Positions 28,040-37,972 of a stretch of 64,000 nucleotides of DNA are shown here, in pieces; position 1 is the first letter of the stretch; each line of letters begins with the position of its first letter. Both the position numbers and the translations under genes were made by a program. Location of the stretch: positions 2,176,001 through 2,240,000 of the forward strand of contig OZ242180.1 of assembly GCA_965205485.1 (NCBI GenBank), given 5' to 3'. The notes under the pieces are model-generated. The model was not told the DNA's origin. It saw only the letters and a list, made by a program, of their open reading frames with translations, and made no database searches. Source of the stretch: Candidatus Latescibacterota bacterium. Lineage in GTDB: Bacteria; Latescibacterota; UBA2968; GCA-2709665.

Positions 28040-29410
28040 CTACAACACCAGCTCGTCGGGCGGCTGGTAGTCGCTTTTGCGCGGGTCCCAGCGGGTTCCG
28101 CATTTGTCGCTGATGACCACCCATTCACCCGCACTGAGGTTGCCCTGGTGGTGGTAGTTGAAGCGCTTGAGCCCTGCAGCTTCGGCGGCGTCCAGCAACA
28201 TCTTGAGGTCGCGCGCCGACATTGGGTCGCCATCGTGGGGCAAGCGGCCGGTGTCAAGCCAGGGCACGATGCGCTCCGGGTCGTCCACCGAGGCCAGCGC
28301 CCTTCGGGTCTCCTGCGTGACCACCTGCTCGAAAAACTCCGGATTGAGGGCGCTCTCAAAATCGAGCAGATCGTCGCCCACACCCGGAAGGACAATGCCG
28401 AAGAGGGCCTGCACGACATCGAGGGTGTCGGCTACGCGGATCCCCGTATTCCACTCCAAAAGCGTCTGTGAGTAGCGATAGACCGTACCGATGAAGCCGT
28501 CGAAGCCGCGGTGAAAGAAGTAGTGCTTTGGCAGCAGGAAATCCATGAACCGGGCCAGATCGACGAAGTCGTATCCGCACAAGGGCGCGAAGGCCGCCGA
28601 GCGCGGGCCGCATCCCAGGCGCACCGGGTGCTTCAACTCGGCGGCGACGCCTTCTCGGATGCGGCGAAAATAGCGCGTCAACGAGTCTGTCCGGAACGAC
28701 AGCCAGGCCATCAGGTCGGAATCGGCACCCAGCATGCGGTGTGCACCGACCAGTCCGCCCCTGGCGTGTCCGCGGATGCGCACCGGGTCGAGATTGTGGA
28801 ACAGGTCCAACAGCCTGTCTTTCGCGGCGACCATGGCCTCATAGTCGTACCCCAGATCCGCGGCCATCGGTGCCGCAGATTCCGGCAGGTCTTGAAAGAA
28901 GCAGGAGCGTTGGGCCATGTGATGAGGGGCGATTTCGTACCCCCACTCCGGCCCGTCCATCACGGCGCCGTCCGCCATTGGGAAGTGCTCGAGCGTATCG
29001 ACCATGCGCGCCACCCGGGATGCCAGCGTCCTGTCGTCGTGCAGCTGGTGGCCCTTTCCCCCTGGACCCGCACCACCATCGGCGTACATGCAATACACCT
29101 GCATGCCGCGGTCCTTGGCGGCGTTCATCGTCCTTTCCAGCAGGGCCCTTTTCTCGGGCAGCTTCTGTACCGGCGGCGACGGCGGTTCGACCCCGAGTCG
29201 CGCGTACACAGCCGGATTCGGATCGTAGGCCTCCGCCACAACGTCGCCAGTGGGTGTGGGCAAAGCGCGCTTCGAGAGCTTTGCCGTGCCGAAAACGAGC
29301 GGACCGAACACGACGCCGTCCACGCCGCCCTCAGCCCAGGCGTCGAGTATGCGCTCGTGATCATTCATCACGCTCTCAAGATCGCGCATGACATCCATCC
29401 ACAACTTCAA
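28040..29410 (-). CDS. Hypothetical protein (possible TIM-barrel, glycoside-hydrolase-like)
   Basis: 456-aa ORF, TTG start with GGAGGAGG SD; fold guess only. Confidence 0.7.
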   Translation of the reverse strand: MKLWMDVMRDLESVMNDHERILDAWAEGGVDGVVFGPLVFGTAKLSKRALPTPTGDVVAEAYDPNPAVYARLGVEPPSPPVQKLPEKRALLERTMNAAKDRGMQVYCMYADGGAGPGGKGHQLHDDRTLASRVARMVDTLEHFPMADGAVMDGPEWGYEIAPHHMAQRSCFFQDLPESAAPMAADLGYDYEAMVAAKDRLLDLFHNLDPVRIRGHARGGLVGAHRMLGADSDLMAWLSFRTDSLTRYFRRIREGVAAELKHPVRLGCGPRSAAFAPLCGYDFVDLARFMDFLLPKHYFFHRGFDGFIGTVYRYSQTLLEWNTGIRVADTLDVVQALFGIVLPGVGDDLLDFESALNPEFFEQVVTQETRRALASVDDPERIVPWLDTGRLPHDGDPMSARDLKMLLDAAEAAGLKRFNYHHQGNLSAGEWVVISDKCGTRWDPRKSDYQPPDELVL

Positions 29411-29723
29411 GTTGAACCTCCTCCTTGCTTCGCGGTTTCGTTTCCCATACGAAGGAACCGTCTACGTGCAACCAGCGAAATCCTCGCACGGAACTCGGAG
29501 CTTCATTGCTAGTTGGCGGTATCGATGTTCACCGGGAAGCCCGTGGGCGGCCCCTCCTGAGGTTTTTCGACCGCAGTCTGCCATCGTCTCCAACATCGGA
29601 TTCTGACCTCATCTCAAACTCTCCTCTCCGCCCAATATACGACATTAAACTCGGAGGGGAAGTTGCCGCACTCTATATTGGCACGTAGGGGATGGGCTAT
29701 TTTAGCCCTGGTTTCGAGGACAA

Positions 29724-31001
29724 ATGCAAGCGAAAACTGTATATATACTGAGCTCGTTCTGTTCGTCGGTTCTGTCTACGATTGCACTTACCGTGGTGAT
29801 GGTGTACCAGGTCGACGTGGTGAAACTTGATCCGCTGCAACTGGTTTTGGTTGGTACGACACTGGAGGTAACGGCATTTCTGTTTGAAGTTCCTACCGGG
29901 GTGGTTGCAGACCTCAAGAGCCGAAGGTTGTCGGTGATTCTGGGGTATCTATTGAACGGGTTGGGCCTGATGATGATGGGTTGGATACCCCTGTTTTGGG
30001 CCGTGGTCGCCAGCAACGTGATCCGCGGGATTGGTGGAACCTTCATGAGCGGCGCGTATGAGGCCTGGCTGGTGGATGAGACGATTGCCCAACACGGCAA
30101 CGACAATTCCGTTGGTATGGTCTTCTTGCGCGCTTCACAGGCGTCAAGCGTGGGATCGATCATCGGGATTCTGTTGGGCGTCGCCCTCGGATGGCAGGAT
30201 GTATCCGTACCGATTCTGATTGGGGGCGGCGGGCTGTTGGTCGTTTCAGTTGCCCTGTGTTTCACAATGCGCGAGCGTGGGTTCAAGCCCGTGCCCGTGG
30301 AACAACGAGAAACATGGGTTTCGATGCGCGCCACAATCTCAACGGCCATCCTGCAGATTCGAAGCGAGCATTACCTGTTGTTGATCCTTGCGATCTCGTT
30401 TCTTTACGGTCTGTCGAGCGAAGGATACGATCGGCTGACCGCACCCCACCTGCTTCACGATTACGAGCTGCCGTTTAAAGAGACGGTGGTACCTGTCGCC
30501 TGGTTCGGGCTCATCATCCTGGTCTCATCCATAATTTCACTCGTGATGACCGAGGCTGCCAAAAGAGGTATCAACCTCAGGAGTGGGACGTCTGTTTCGG
30601 CGGCGCTGATGTTTTCGAACGCAGGGATCGTCGCCGCGATTCTCTGCCTGGCATGGACGAATCACTTCTGGGGAGCGCTGGCGGCGATCTGGGTAATCAG
30701 GGGGTTAAGGCATACTGGAGGGCCGCTGCTTGTCACGTGGTACAATCAGCAAATCAAGGATTCGAGCGTGCGGGCAACGGTGTTGTCGGTCCGGGCCCAG
30801 GCCGACTCAATCGGACAGATCGCCGGGGGTCCTCCAGCGGGCGTGGTTGGCAGATGGCTTTCCGTAAGGTGGGGTATCACCACGTCGGCGGCGATGCTTT
30901 CGCCGGTCATTCCGATATACGGATATGCAGCTGTCCGCATATCGAAGGAAACTCCCGAGGACTCGGAATCCGTCCCGGCAGAGACTGACACTGAAAAATG
31001 A
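29724..31001 (+). CDS. MFS transporter (TetA(P)-like)
   Basis: About 12 TM; FEVPTGVVADLKSRRLS, SGAYEAW, RATVLS. Confidence 0.88.
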   Translation: MQAKTVYILSSFCSSVLSTIALTVVMVYQVDVVKLDPLQLVLVGTTLEVTAFLFEVPTGVVADLKSRRLSVILGYLLNGLGLMMMGWIPLFWAVVASNVIRGIGGTFMSGAYEAWLVDETIAQHGNDNSVGMVFLRASQASSVGSIIGILLGVALGWQDVSVPILIGGGGLLVVSVALCFTMRERGFKPVPVEQRETWVSMRATISTAILQIRSEHYLLLILAISFLYGLSSEGYDRLTAPHLLHDYELPFKETVVPVAWFGLIILVSSIISLVMTEAAKRGINLRSGTSVSAALMFSNAGIVAAILCLAWTNHFWGALAAIWVIRGLRHTGGPLLVTWYNQQIKDSSVRATVLSVRAQADSIGQIAGGPPAGVVGRWLSVRWGITTSAAMLSPVIPIYGYAAVRISKETPEDSESVPAETDTEK

Positions 31002-31915
31002 AGAACTTTTCAATCGAGCATTGGGAGATGGACGAGGCAGCCCGGCTGCAAGCCGTATGGGAGGTGGCAACAGCCAGCGCGCCGTTCGCGTATCCCGTTG
31101 AGCCGGCGGAATTCGCGGCCGGAATCATCCCCATGGAATCCGACGACGAGTCCTGTGCCTCGGCCCAGTCACAAAAGCTGCTCGCGGCGTCAGACACTAC
31201 GGGACCGGTCGGATTCGTACATCTTTGTGTCGGTAGCGACGTCGAGGTCGACGGCGAGAATATCGAATGCGGAATCATCCGCTTTCTTGCATTTTCACCT
31301 CGTCGAAGGGAAGTCGGTCAGGCACTCCTCAGCGACGCGGAACAGATCTTCCAATCGGAGGGTCTCACACGCGTAGACGCCTTTTCCCTGTACCACGGAT
31401 ACCCCTTCCACAATCATAAAGTCGGCATCCTTTCGTCTCGTATGACTCACGTTTCGTCCCTGCTTAAGGAGAATGGGTACAGGGCTCACGATGGACACGT
31501 GACGATGCAACGATCGTTGGATTCCGCGCCCCTTCCCGATCCGCATCAAGGCGTCAAGCTCATAATCGAAAGGTCAGACGGCGCCGGCGCCCTCCCCAAC
31601 ATCCGGGTTAAGGCCGCAATCGACGGCCAGGCCATAGGCAGCTGTCGTTCCCAATCCGGACGTACCTACGCGGATCAGGATTCGTTGGACTGGCTCAGTT
31701 ATACACGTTGGATAGGCGTGAAGGAGAGTTATCGCCGGAAGGGAATCGGCAGGCATCTCCTGCGGCGCGCACTTCACGAAATGCGGTGTGAGGGCTACAA
31801 ATCGGCTGCATTGAATTGCCGGGAGGAAAATCATGCAGCCGTGTCACTTTACCTGTCGGAGGGCTATAGAACCCGCGACACTTCACTCGCCTACGTCAAA
31901 GATCTGCGTACGTGA
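30998..31915 (+). CDS. Tandem GNAT N-acetyltransferase
   Basis: GVKESYRRKGIG, NHAAVSLYLSEGY; ATGA overlap with MFS gene. Confidence 0.85.
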   Translation: MKNFSIEHWEMDEAARLQAVWEVATASAPFAYPVEPAEFAAGIIPMESDDESCASAQSQKLLAASDTTGPVGFVHLCVGSDVEVDGENIECGIIRFLAFSPRRREVGQALLSDAEQIFQSEGLTRVDAFSLYHGYPFHNHKVGILSSRMTHVSSLLKENGYRAHDGHVTMQRSLDSAPLPDPHQGVKLIIERSDGAGALPNIRVKAAIDGQAIGSCRSQSGRTYADQDSLDWLSYTRWIGVKESYRRKGIGRHLLRRALHEMRCEGYKSAALNCREENHAAVSLYLSEGYRTRDTSLAYVKDLRT

Positions 31916-32224
31916 CGCTGGTAATAGTAAACGCCTCTGGTCGCGTCAGCTGGGCACGGCGAAGAGGTAATACGTCATCTACTCCTACTGTTAACTTTCT
32001 TAGCATCCTGGTCTGACGAGGCCTGCCTGGTCGGCGGACGTTAAAGGCTTTGAGTCAAGCCTCCTTCTGAGAGCGCTCAACTTGTGACTTGATTAGACAC
32101 ACAAAACCATTTGCGCAACAACACCCTCTGTGCCGAGATTAACGGGACGATTACCCTTTGAGAATTCGCGAACAATGGAGAGGGCAAGGGAGCGCATCAG
32201 ACGGATGGGCTCATTGTGGTTCTC

Positions 32225-33214
32225 TCAGTTTCGCTTTTTCGCACGTGAGCGCTCGGCCGTCAGTTCGGGGTAATCATCGCGGTGCCAAAACGCCGTTCGT
32301 TCGACCTGCGCATAGAAGTCTGTCGAAGGCTCGAACCCGAGTTCCTCCCGGGCCCGGGAGATGTCCGCGAGGGTATGAGCGACGTCGCCGACGCGCGGCG
32401 GTCTACGTTCAAGCCGGAGTTCTCTGCCTGCAACCTGTTCGAGGACGTCTTTAACCTCGAGCATGGAGTGGGCTTCGCCCTGGCCCACGTTGAGCACGTC
32501 GGCTTCAAACCCGCGCCCGCGAGTCGCGGCAGCGATATTCGCGTCCACAACGTTGTCGATAAAGCAGAAGTCCCGAGTCTGTGTGCCGTCGCCCTCCAGG
32601 AACGGCTGGTACGACGGATCCACGTACAGAGCATAGGGCCACGCCGATAATACGGTGGAGTAGGCGCCTCCAAAAACCGCGCCGGGTCCGAACACGTTGA
32701 AATATCGCAGGCTGACCGCATCCAGACCGTACAATTGATGGAACATGTCGCACCACTGCTCACCCTGAAGTTTCGCCAGCGCATAAGGCGATTGTGGGGC
32801 GGATGGGTATGCCTCCGGCGTGGGAAGGACCGAAGCCTCGCCGCAAACCGCACTGCTGCTGGCGAAAACCAGGCGGGTTCTCCCAATCAGGTCGGATTTC
32901 AAAATCGCATTGAGCACGGACAGGGTTCCCATTACATTCGCTTCCGCGCTGTGCAGTGGATTCCGGACCGAGTAGGGAACTCGTGGCTTTGCGGCCAGGT
33001 GGAGGACCGCGTCCGGAATCGTGTTATTGAGAAGTCGCACGAACCAGTCCGCATCCACGACGCTGTGGACGTGATACTGAACGCCCTCGACGCCGTTGGC
33101 TGGCGTTCCGGAAGACAGATCGTCAACACCGAAAACGTCATGACCGAGTTCCATGAGACGACGGCATGTACTCTGCCCGATAAAACCGTTGCTGCCTGTA
33201 ACGATAAACCTCAT
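32225..33214 (-). CDS. NAD-dependent nucleotide-sugar epimerase/dehydratase (WbpP-like)
   Basis: TGSNGFIG, ASSS, YALAK (YxxxK), LRYFNVFGP, GDGTQTRDF. Confidence 0.92.
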   Translation of the reverse strand: MRFIVTGSNGFIGQSTCRRLMELGHDVFGVDDLSSGTPANGVEGVQYHVHSVVDADWFVRLLNNTIPDAVLHLAAKPRVPYSVRNPLHSAEANVMGTLSVLNAILKSDLIGRTRLVFASSSAVCGEASVLPTPEAYPSAPQSPYALAKLQGEQWCDMFHQLYGLDAVSLRYFNVFGPGAVFGGAYSTVLSAWPYALYVDPSYQPFLEGDGTQTRDFCFIDNVVDANIAAATRGRGFEADVLNVGQGEAHSMLEVKDVLEQVAGRELRLERRPPRVGDVAHTLADISRAREELGFEPSTDFYAQVERTAFWHRDDYPELTAERSRAKKRN

Positions 33215-33432
33215 TGTGCAAAACCTCGATTTCCGTACCCGAAAAAGGCTTTGGTGAAACAGTCCGCTCGGTGTAATGACCGTCAGATACCATCATTATA
33301 CGGAACACATGGCGATTGGTTGCATCTCGCCGTCGTTTGACCCGTTTTCTGAGGCAGGACAATATACAAATCCGTTGGATTTTCGCAACGTATGCAAGAA
33401 TCGCAACAGAATACCGGAGGACTTTCAGTCCC

Positions 33433-34221
33433 ATGTCCGACCCATTCACTGCAACTTTCGAAAGACTCTGGATCGGCTTCAGGGCTAGCTGGTGCGACAG
33501 TCACGACCTGGGCGGCGCCACCGCGTTCAGCCACGAGGAGGTCAAAGCGGCCATGCTGCACCGCGTCGTACGGATTGACGTGCCCGGCGCGATGGTGGAC
33601 GCAATGATCGACCGCGCTCTTGCCCACTTCAGGGAACGGGATTTCGACTGCGCGTTCACCCTGTCGCCGCTGGACCGCCCCGCTGATCTGGCCGAACGGC
33701 TGAAGAGCAGGGGATTCACGTTTGAGATGCAGGCGGTGGCGATGCGCTGCGACCGGTGCGTCCGACCCTCGGTCTCCGAATCCGTCGAGGTTGAAGAACT
33801 CGATCCGCGCCGGTACGGCGTCTGGGCAGACATCATGTGCCGCAGCTTCGAATTTCCGGACGACGTGGGCGCTCTTGGAAGAGGGGTACTGAATATTCCT
33901 GAAGTAAGGCTCTACCTCGCGTACGTTGATGGCGCGCCCGCGGGAACCGCGTTGCTCTATTCCAGATACGGTCTGGGTTGTGTCGACTTTATTGGCACGT
34001 TGCCTCAATACCGCCGAAGGGGTGTTGCGTCCGCCGTGACCGCCCGTGCGGTCGCGGACTCCCGTTCGATGGGCAATCGATGGACGGGCCTTGAAGTAGT
34101 GGCCGGCAGCGCCGCCGAAAGGGTCTACAGGAGGATCGGGTTTCGTCCCGTACACGATCGCCCGCGTTATGTCAGGAGCACGAGTCAGGCCGACCGTGAA
34201 TCCGGGCCTGACCGAGCCTGA
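33433..34221 (+). CDS. GNAT N-acetyltransferase
   Basis: IGTLPQYRRRGVA, VYRRIGF; ATG after GGAGG. Confidence 0.85.
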   Translation: MSDPFTATFERLWIGFRASWCDSHDLGGATAFSHEEVKAAMLHRVVRIDVPGAMVDAMIDRALAHFRERDFDCAFTLSPLDRPADLAERLKSRGFTFEMQAVAMRCDRCVRPSVSESVEVEELDPRRYGVWADIMCRSFEFPDDVGALGRGVLNIPEVRLYLAYVDGAPAGTALLYSRYGLGCVDFIGTLPQYRRRGVASAVTARAVADSRSMGNRWTGLEVVAGSAAERVYRRIGFRPVHDRPRYVRSTSQADRESGPDRA

Positions 34222-34398
34222 AAACAGACGTTGAACGGACGCCACGCCGTCGTTCCTGACAGCGACTGGAACGGCAGCCGGGAGCGCGACCAGGCTCCGC
34301 GAACGGCCTGATGCCGCTATTCTGTCAGGGCGGGCAGGAACACGTTTTTTCCGAGTGGATATCGCCCCTTGCTGTGGTCGTGGAATACGATACGTTAA

Positions 34399-34449
34399 TA
34401 TATAATTATATAGTCCTTGACTTGAAATCTTATAGTCAGTATCATTTCC
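34399..34449 (+). promoter_or_regulatory. sigma70-like promoter with AT palindrome and Fur-family-like box
   Basis: TTGACT(34417-22)-17-TATCAT(34440-45); perfect palindrome TATATAATTATATA 34399-34412; 34431-34449 matches the E. coli Fur consensus at 13/19 on the minus strand. Confidence 0.6.
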
Positions 34450-34605
34450 GATCCGGTCCCTGAAGTTAGGCGGATTTTTGTGTCGGCGAACATGACGGTG
34501 GGCGCATCGTCGTGTCCGGCGAGATGTACGGCGCCGATCGTTCCCGTTTTCTGAATCGCCTTCCAGGCGGCCCTTCGCGTCACCCAATGCACTGGAGGAA
34601 ATTGC

Positions 34606-36906
34606 GTGGTACAGCAGACGCTGGTCAGTTTCTTCGACTTTCTCTGGATGTCCGGTCTGCTCCTGGCGCCCATGCTGTTGCTGGGGTTGTTCCTCTCGGG
34701 CCTGATCCATGTATTTATCTCTCGTGAAGCCATCCTCAGGTGGCTCAAGGACGACAGCCTGAAATCCGTTGCCGTGAGTTCGGCCGTGGGCGTCCCGGTG
34801 CCGCTGTGCAGTTGTTCCGTCGTGCCGGTGGTTGCCGAGATGCGAAGGAAGGGCGCATCCCGTTCGTCCTGCATGTCCTTCCTGATAACCGCGCCGGAGA
34901 CGGGGGCGGATTCGATCCTGGTTACGAACGCCTTCTTCGGTTTTATCGCCGCGGTCGTGCGTCCCGTAATCAGCTTCATCACGGCCGTCGTAGCCGGCAT
35001 CTTTTGCATCGGTCTCATACGCAACGGCCACGAAGAAACCGTGTCGGACCATGGCCACGATGAACACGACCATGACCATGACCACGGGCACGATCACGAT
35101 CATGACCACGATCACGGTTCGCACGAGCCCCTCATTCCGGAAACTGACGACTGCTACGTGAGCTTTTCGCGATTGAAGGGCCTTTTCGTGCAGTGGTTGA
35201 AGAGCGTCGCCACGGTGGCCGGACGGTGGAAGTCCATTTCGTGGGTGAAACCGGCATTCTACCGTGACGCTCTGGAGGCGGAAGAGGCCGGAAAGACTTC
35301 TCCGGGGGACACGTCCACCGAGGGTCACGCACTCGATTTCAAAAAGCTGGTGAAGCACATCTTTCACTACGGTTTCGTTGAGATCGCCGACGACATCCTC
35401 TTTGCGCTGCTGGTTGGCGTGGCCCTGGGCGGGGTACTTTTCCTGGTGATTCCGGGCGACCTGATGACAAACGAATACGCCCGCTGGGTCTCCTATCCCG
35501 TCATGGTGCTGGTCGGCGTTCCTCTTTATATCTGCGCATCGGCGAGCACGCCGATCGCCGCGGCCCTTGTCGCGAAGGGATTCAGCCCGGGTGCGGCGCT
35601 GATCTTTCTGATGACCGGGCCGGCCACCAATACCGGTACCATCGCGATCATCGTCAGCCAGTTCGGCGCACGATTCGCCACCATATATGTAGCAGCGGTC
35701 ATCGCGGTCACGGTCGCCCTCGGTATTGTGATCGACGCGCTGCTCCTGGCCACCGGCCTGACGATTCCGGTGTACCTCGGCCCCTCCGAGTCGCCGACGA
35801 TACAGTTCCTTCAGTGGGGCTCGGCCCTGGTTCTCGTCGCTCTCATTATCTGGCGTTTCCGGGCGGGCGCGCTCCGCAGTGGCTGGGAGGACCTGCTTCT
35901 CAATATACGACCCCTGGCGAAAACATGGGCTCAGGCCTGGGAGCGCCTCACGCGCGGACGTAACTTCAAGGGGGTCATATCTCCCGGCACACCGATGGGA
36001 AAGATGCTCTGGGGATTGCTCCTCCTCCTGTTCCTTGCCAGCGGATTCACAGCCGTACCCCCCAATGCGGTAGGCTACGGCCTGCTTCTCGGCGAGGTCT
36101 ACTGGCGTGACATCCAGCCGGGACTGAGCTATCTCGCCCCATGGCCCTTCGTCAAGGTCGACAAGTGGCCGGTACGGGAAGTGAAGTCCATCCTTTGTGA
36201 AACTCCCGAAGAGTACGTGTCCGGCGATCTCAATCTGATTTCCCTGACCGTCAACGTGCAATACAGGGTCAAGGATCCCTACGTCTATCACTATCGGACG
36301 GAGGAGCCGAAGAGAGTCATCGCCGACGTCGTCAAGGCCCACGTGCGTTCCTTCATATCCGCCCGGGACCTCGAAAGACTGCTGAACGTGCATCGCGCAA
36401 CGCTCGAAGATCATCTCACCAGGTCCTTCGACGTGGACGTGCACTTCGCAAATTCGGTTCTGAAAACCGTTGAAATCGTCAAGGTCAACCTGCTGGATGT
36501 GAGCCCGGTGGCGGAAACCATGAGCGCTTTCAGGGACGTCTCCAGCGCGCAGGAAGACCGGGAGCGGATCATTGTCAACGCGCAGCGCTTCCTCGTGTCG
36601 CTGGTCCCCCAGGCGCACGGAAACGCGGCGTGGGAGATACAGCAGGCCGACGGCGAGGCCTATCGGAGAGTCAAGACGGCGGCCGCTGAGGCCGATGCCA
36701 TATCCACGGTGTCCAGGGCTGTAAGAACCGCGCCAGGCGTACTGAGGAACATGCTCTGGCGGGAGAAACTCGAGACGGCGTTATCCGGAAATCCCAAGAT
36801 CATCGTGCCCAACAAGAAAAGCCTCGAAAAGGTCGCGCTTTGGAAGAGAAAGACATCAGGGGTCAACCATGGCGCGCGGGCCGGCCACGGAAAGAAGGGC
36901 CACTAA
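34606..36906 (+). CDS. ArsP/DUF318 (SO_0444-type) metal permease with His-rich loop, fused to a C-terminal HflK-like SPFH domain
   Basis: GVPVPLCSCSVVP, SFLITAPETGADS, (HD)n loop, PLYICASASTPIAAAL, GPATN; then TM+GFTAVPPNAVG...QPGL..PWP, SGDLNLI, AFRDVSSAQEDRER. Confidence 0.88.
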   Translation: MVQQTLVSFFDFLWMSGLLLAPMLLLGLFLSGLIHVFISREAILRWLKDDSLKSVAVSSAVGVPVPLCSCSVVPVVAEMRRKGASRSSCMSFLITAPETGADSILVTNAFFGFIAAVVRPVISFITAVVAGIFCIGLIRNGHEETVSDHGHDEHDHDHDHGHDHDHDHDHGSHEPLIPETDDCYVSFSRLKGLFVQWLKSVATVAGRWKSISWVKPAFYRDALEAEEAGKTSPGDTSTEGHALDFKKLVKHIFHYGFVEIADDILFALLVGVALGGVLFLVIPGDLMTNEYARWVSYPVMVLVGVPLYICASASTPIAAALVAKGFSPGAALIFLMTGPATNTGTIAIIVSQFGARFATIYVAAVIAVTVALGIVIDALLLATGLTIPVYLGPSESPTIQFLQWGSALVLVALIIWRFRAGALRSGWEDLLLNIRPLAKTWAQAWERLTRGRNFKGVISPGTPMGKMLWGLLLLLFLASGFTAVPPNAVGYGLLLGEVYWRDIQPGLSYLAPWPFVKVDKWPVREVKSILCETPEEYVSGDLNLISLTVNVQYRVKDPYVYHYRTEEPKRVIADVVKAHVRSFISARDLERLLNVHRATLEDHLTRSFDVDVHFANSVLKTVEIVKVNLLDVSPVAETMSAFRDVSSAQEDRERIIVNAQRFLVSLVPQAHGNAAWEIQQADGEAYRRVKTAAAEADAISTVSRAVRTAPGVLRNMLWREKLETALSGNPKIIVPNKKSLEKVALWKRKTSGVNHGARAGHGKKGH

Positions 36907-37063
36907 GAGGCAGACGAAGATTTTTGAGGCACCCAATTCATATCCCTGAAGGAGTGCCGGATACCACGCCATTCGATTAGCGCCCGAGAAACCTGAACCG
37001 CAACGGGTCAGCGGGTCGATCGTTCACGCACGATCCGGACGTCCTAACTGACGAGGCAACGCA

Positions 37064-37954
37064 ATGACGCTCAAGAAAGCCACGATGACCGCGGCCATCG
37101 CCGTGATTGCCGGCGCGATCGTCTACGACAGCATCTACATTATCCACGAGACTCAGCAGGGCGTTCTGACGCACTTCGGAAAGATTTCGCCTCCGGTGAG
37201 ACAACCGGGGCTTCACCTGAAGTGGCCCCGCCCGATCTCCAGGATCTACAAGGTGGATCGGCGCATCCATACGCTGACCGACATCCCTCACGAACTGATC
37301 ACCGACGATCAGAAAAGCGTTCGCGTCGACGGGTACCTGCTCTGGAGGACCGTAGATCCCATTCTGTTCGTCGAGGCGATCCGCACCGGAAAGAACGCCC
37401 TGGAGCGCCTGCAGGACCTCTATCTCTCAAGCAGTGGGATTGTCGTCAGCAACAAGTCCCTGGACGCCTTTATCGGGCTGGGGCTGGAGCACGAAGACCT
37501 GAACGAGGCATCACGGGAGATTCACGCCAGGATTGCGCCGATTGCGAGAGAAAGCTACGGCATCGAGGTCATCGAAGCGGGAATCGTGGAATACACGCTG
37601 CCCACGGAGAACCGACCGAGCGTCATTCAGCGTATGATCGCGGAACGGGCGCGTATTGCCGCCCGGTATCGCAGCGAAGGCGAGGAACGGGCCCTGCGAA
37701 TCGAGGCGCTGGCCATCAACGAACACGAGAAGCTGCTGGCCGACGCCCACGCGGAGGCGACTGCCATTCTAGGCAAGGCCGAGGCCGAGGCGATGGCGGT
37801 GCTCGGCAAGGCGTACCGGCAGGACCCGGGATTCTACAGCTTCATCCGCGCCCTGGATAGTTACGACCTTATCATAGACCGGAACACGACGTTGATGCTT
37901 CCGGCCGACAACGAGTTGTTCAAGTACCTCAACAGCAGGTCCACGCCCCGATAA
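37064..37954 (+). CDS. HflC-like SPFH/Band 7 protein
   Basis: TM, HFGK..PGLHLKWP, VDGYLLWR, RMIAERARIAARYRSEG, DPGFYSFIRALDSY. Confidence 0.9.
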   Translation: MTLKKATMTAAIAVIAGAIVYDSIYIIHETQQGVLTHFGKISPPVRQPGLHLKWPRPISRIYKVDRRIHTLTDIPHELITDDQKSVRVDGYLLWRTVDPILFVEAIRTGKNALERLQDLYLSSSGIVVSNKSLDAFIGLGLEHEDLNEASREIHARIAPIARESYGIEVIEAGIVEYTLPTENRPSVIQRMIAERARIAARYRSEGEERALRIEALAINEHEKLLADAHAEATAILGKAEAEAMAVLGKAYRQDPGFYSFIRALDSYDLIIDRNTTLMLPADNELFKYLNSRSTPR

Positions 37955-37972
37955 ACCGAGAGTTCGCGCGAA

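Noticed and set aside
31916..32224. Hammerhead ribozyme or ncRNA (CTGACGAG at about 32013)
   Set aside because: No properly placed GAAA core or supporting stems; region left unexplained
33283..36618. 1111-aa minus-strand ORF
   Set aside because: Antisense shadow of the GNAT and permease genes in GC-rich DNA; no recognisable motifs
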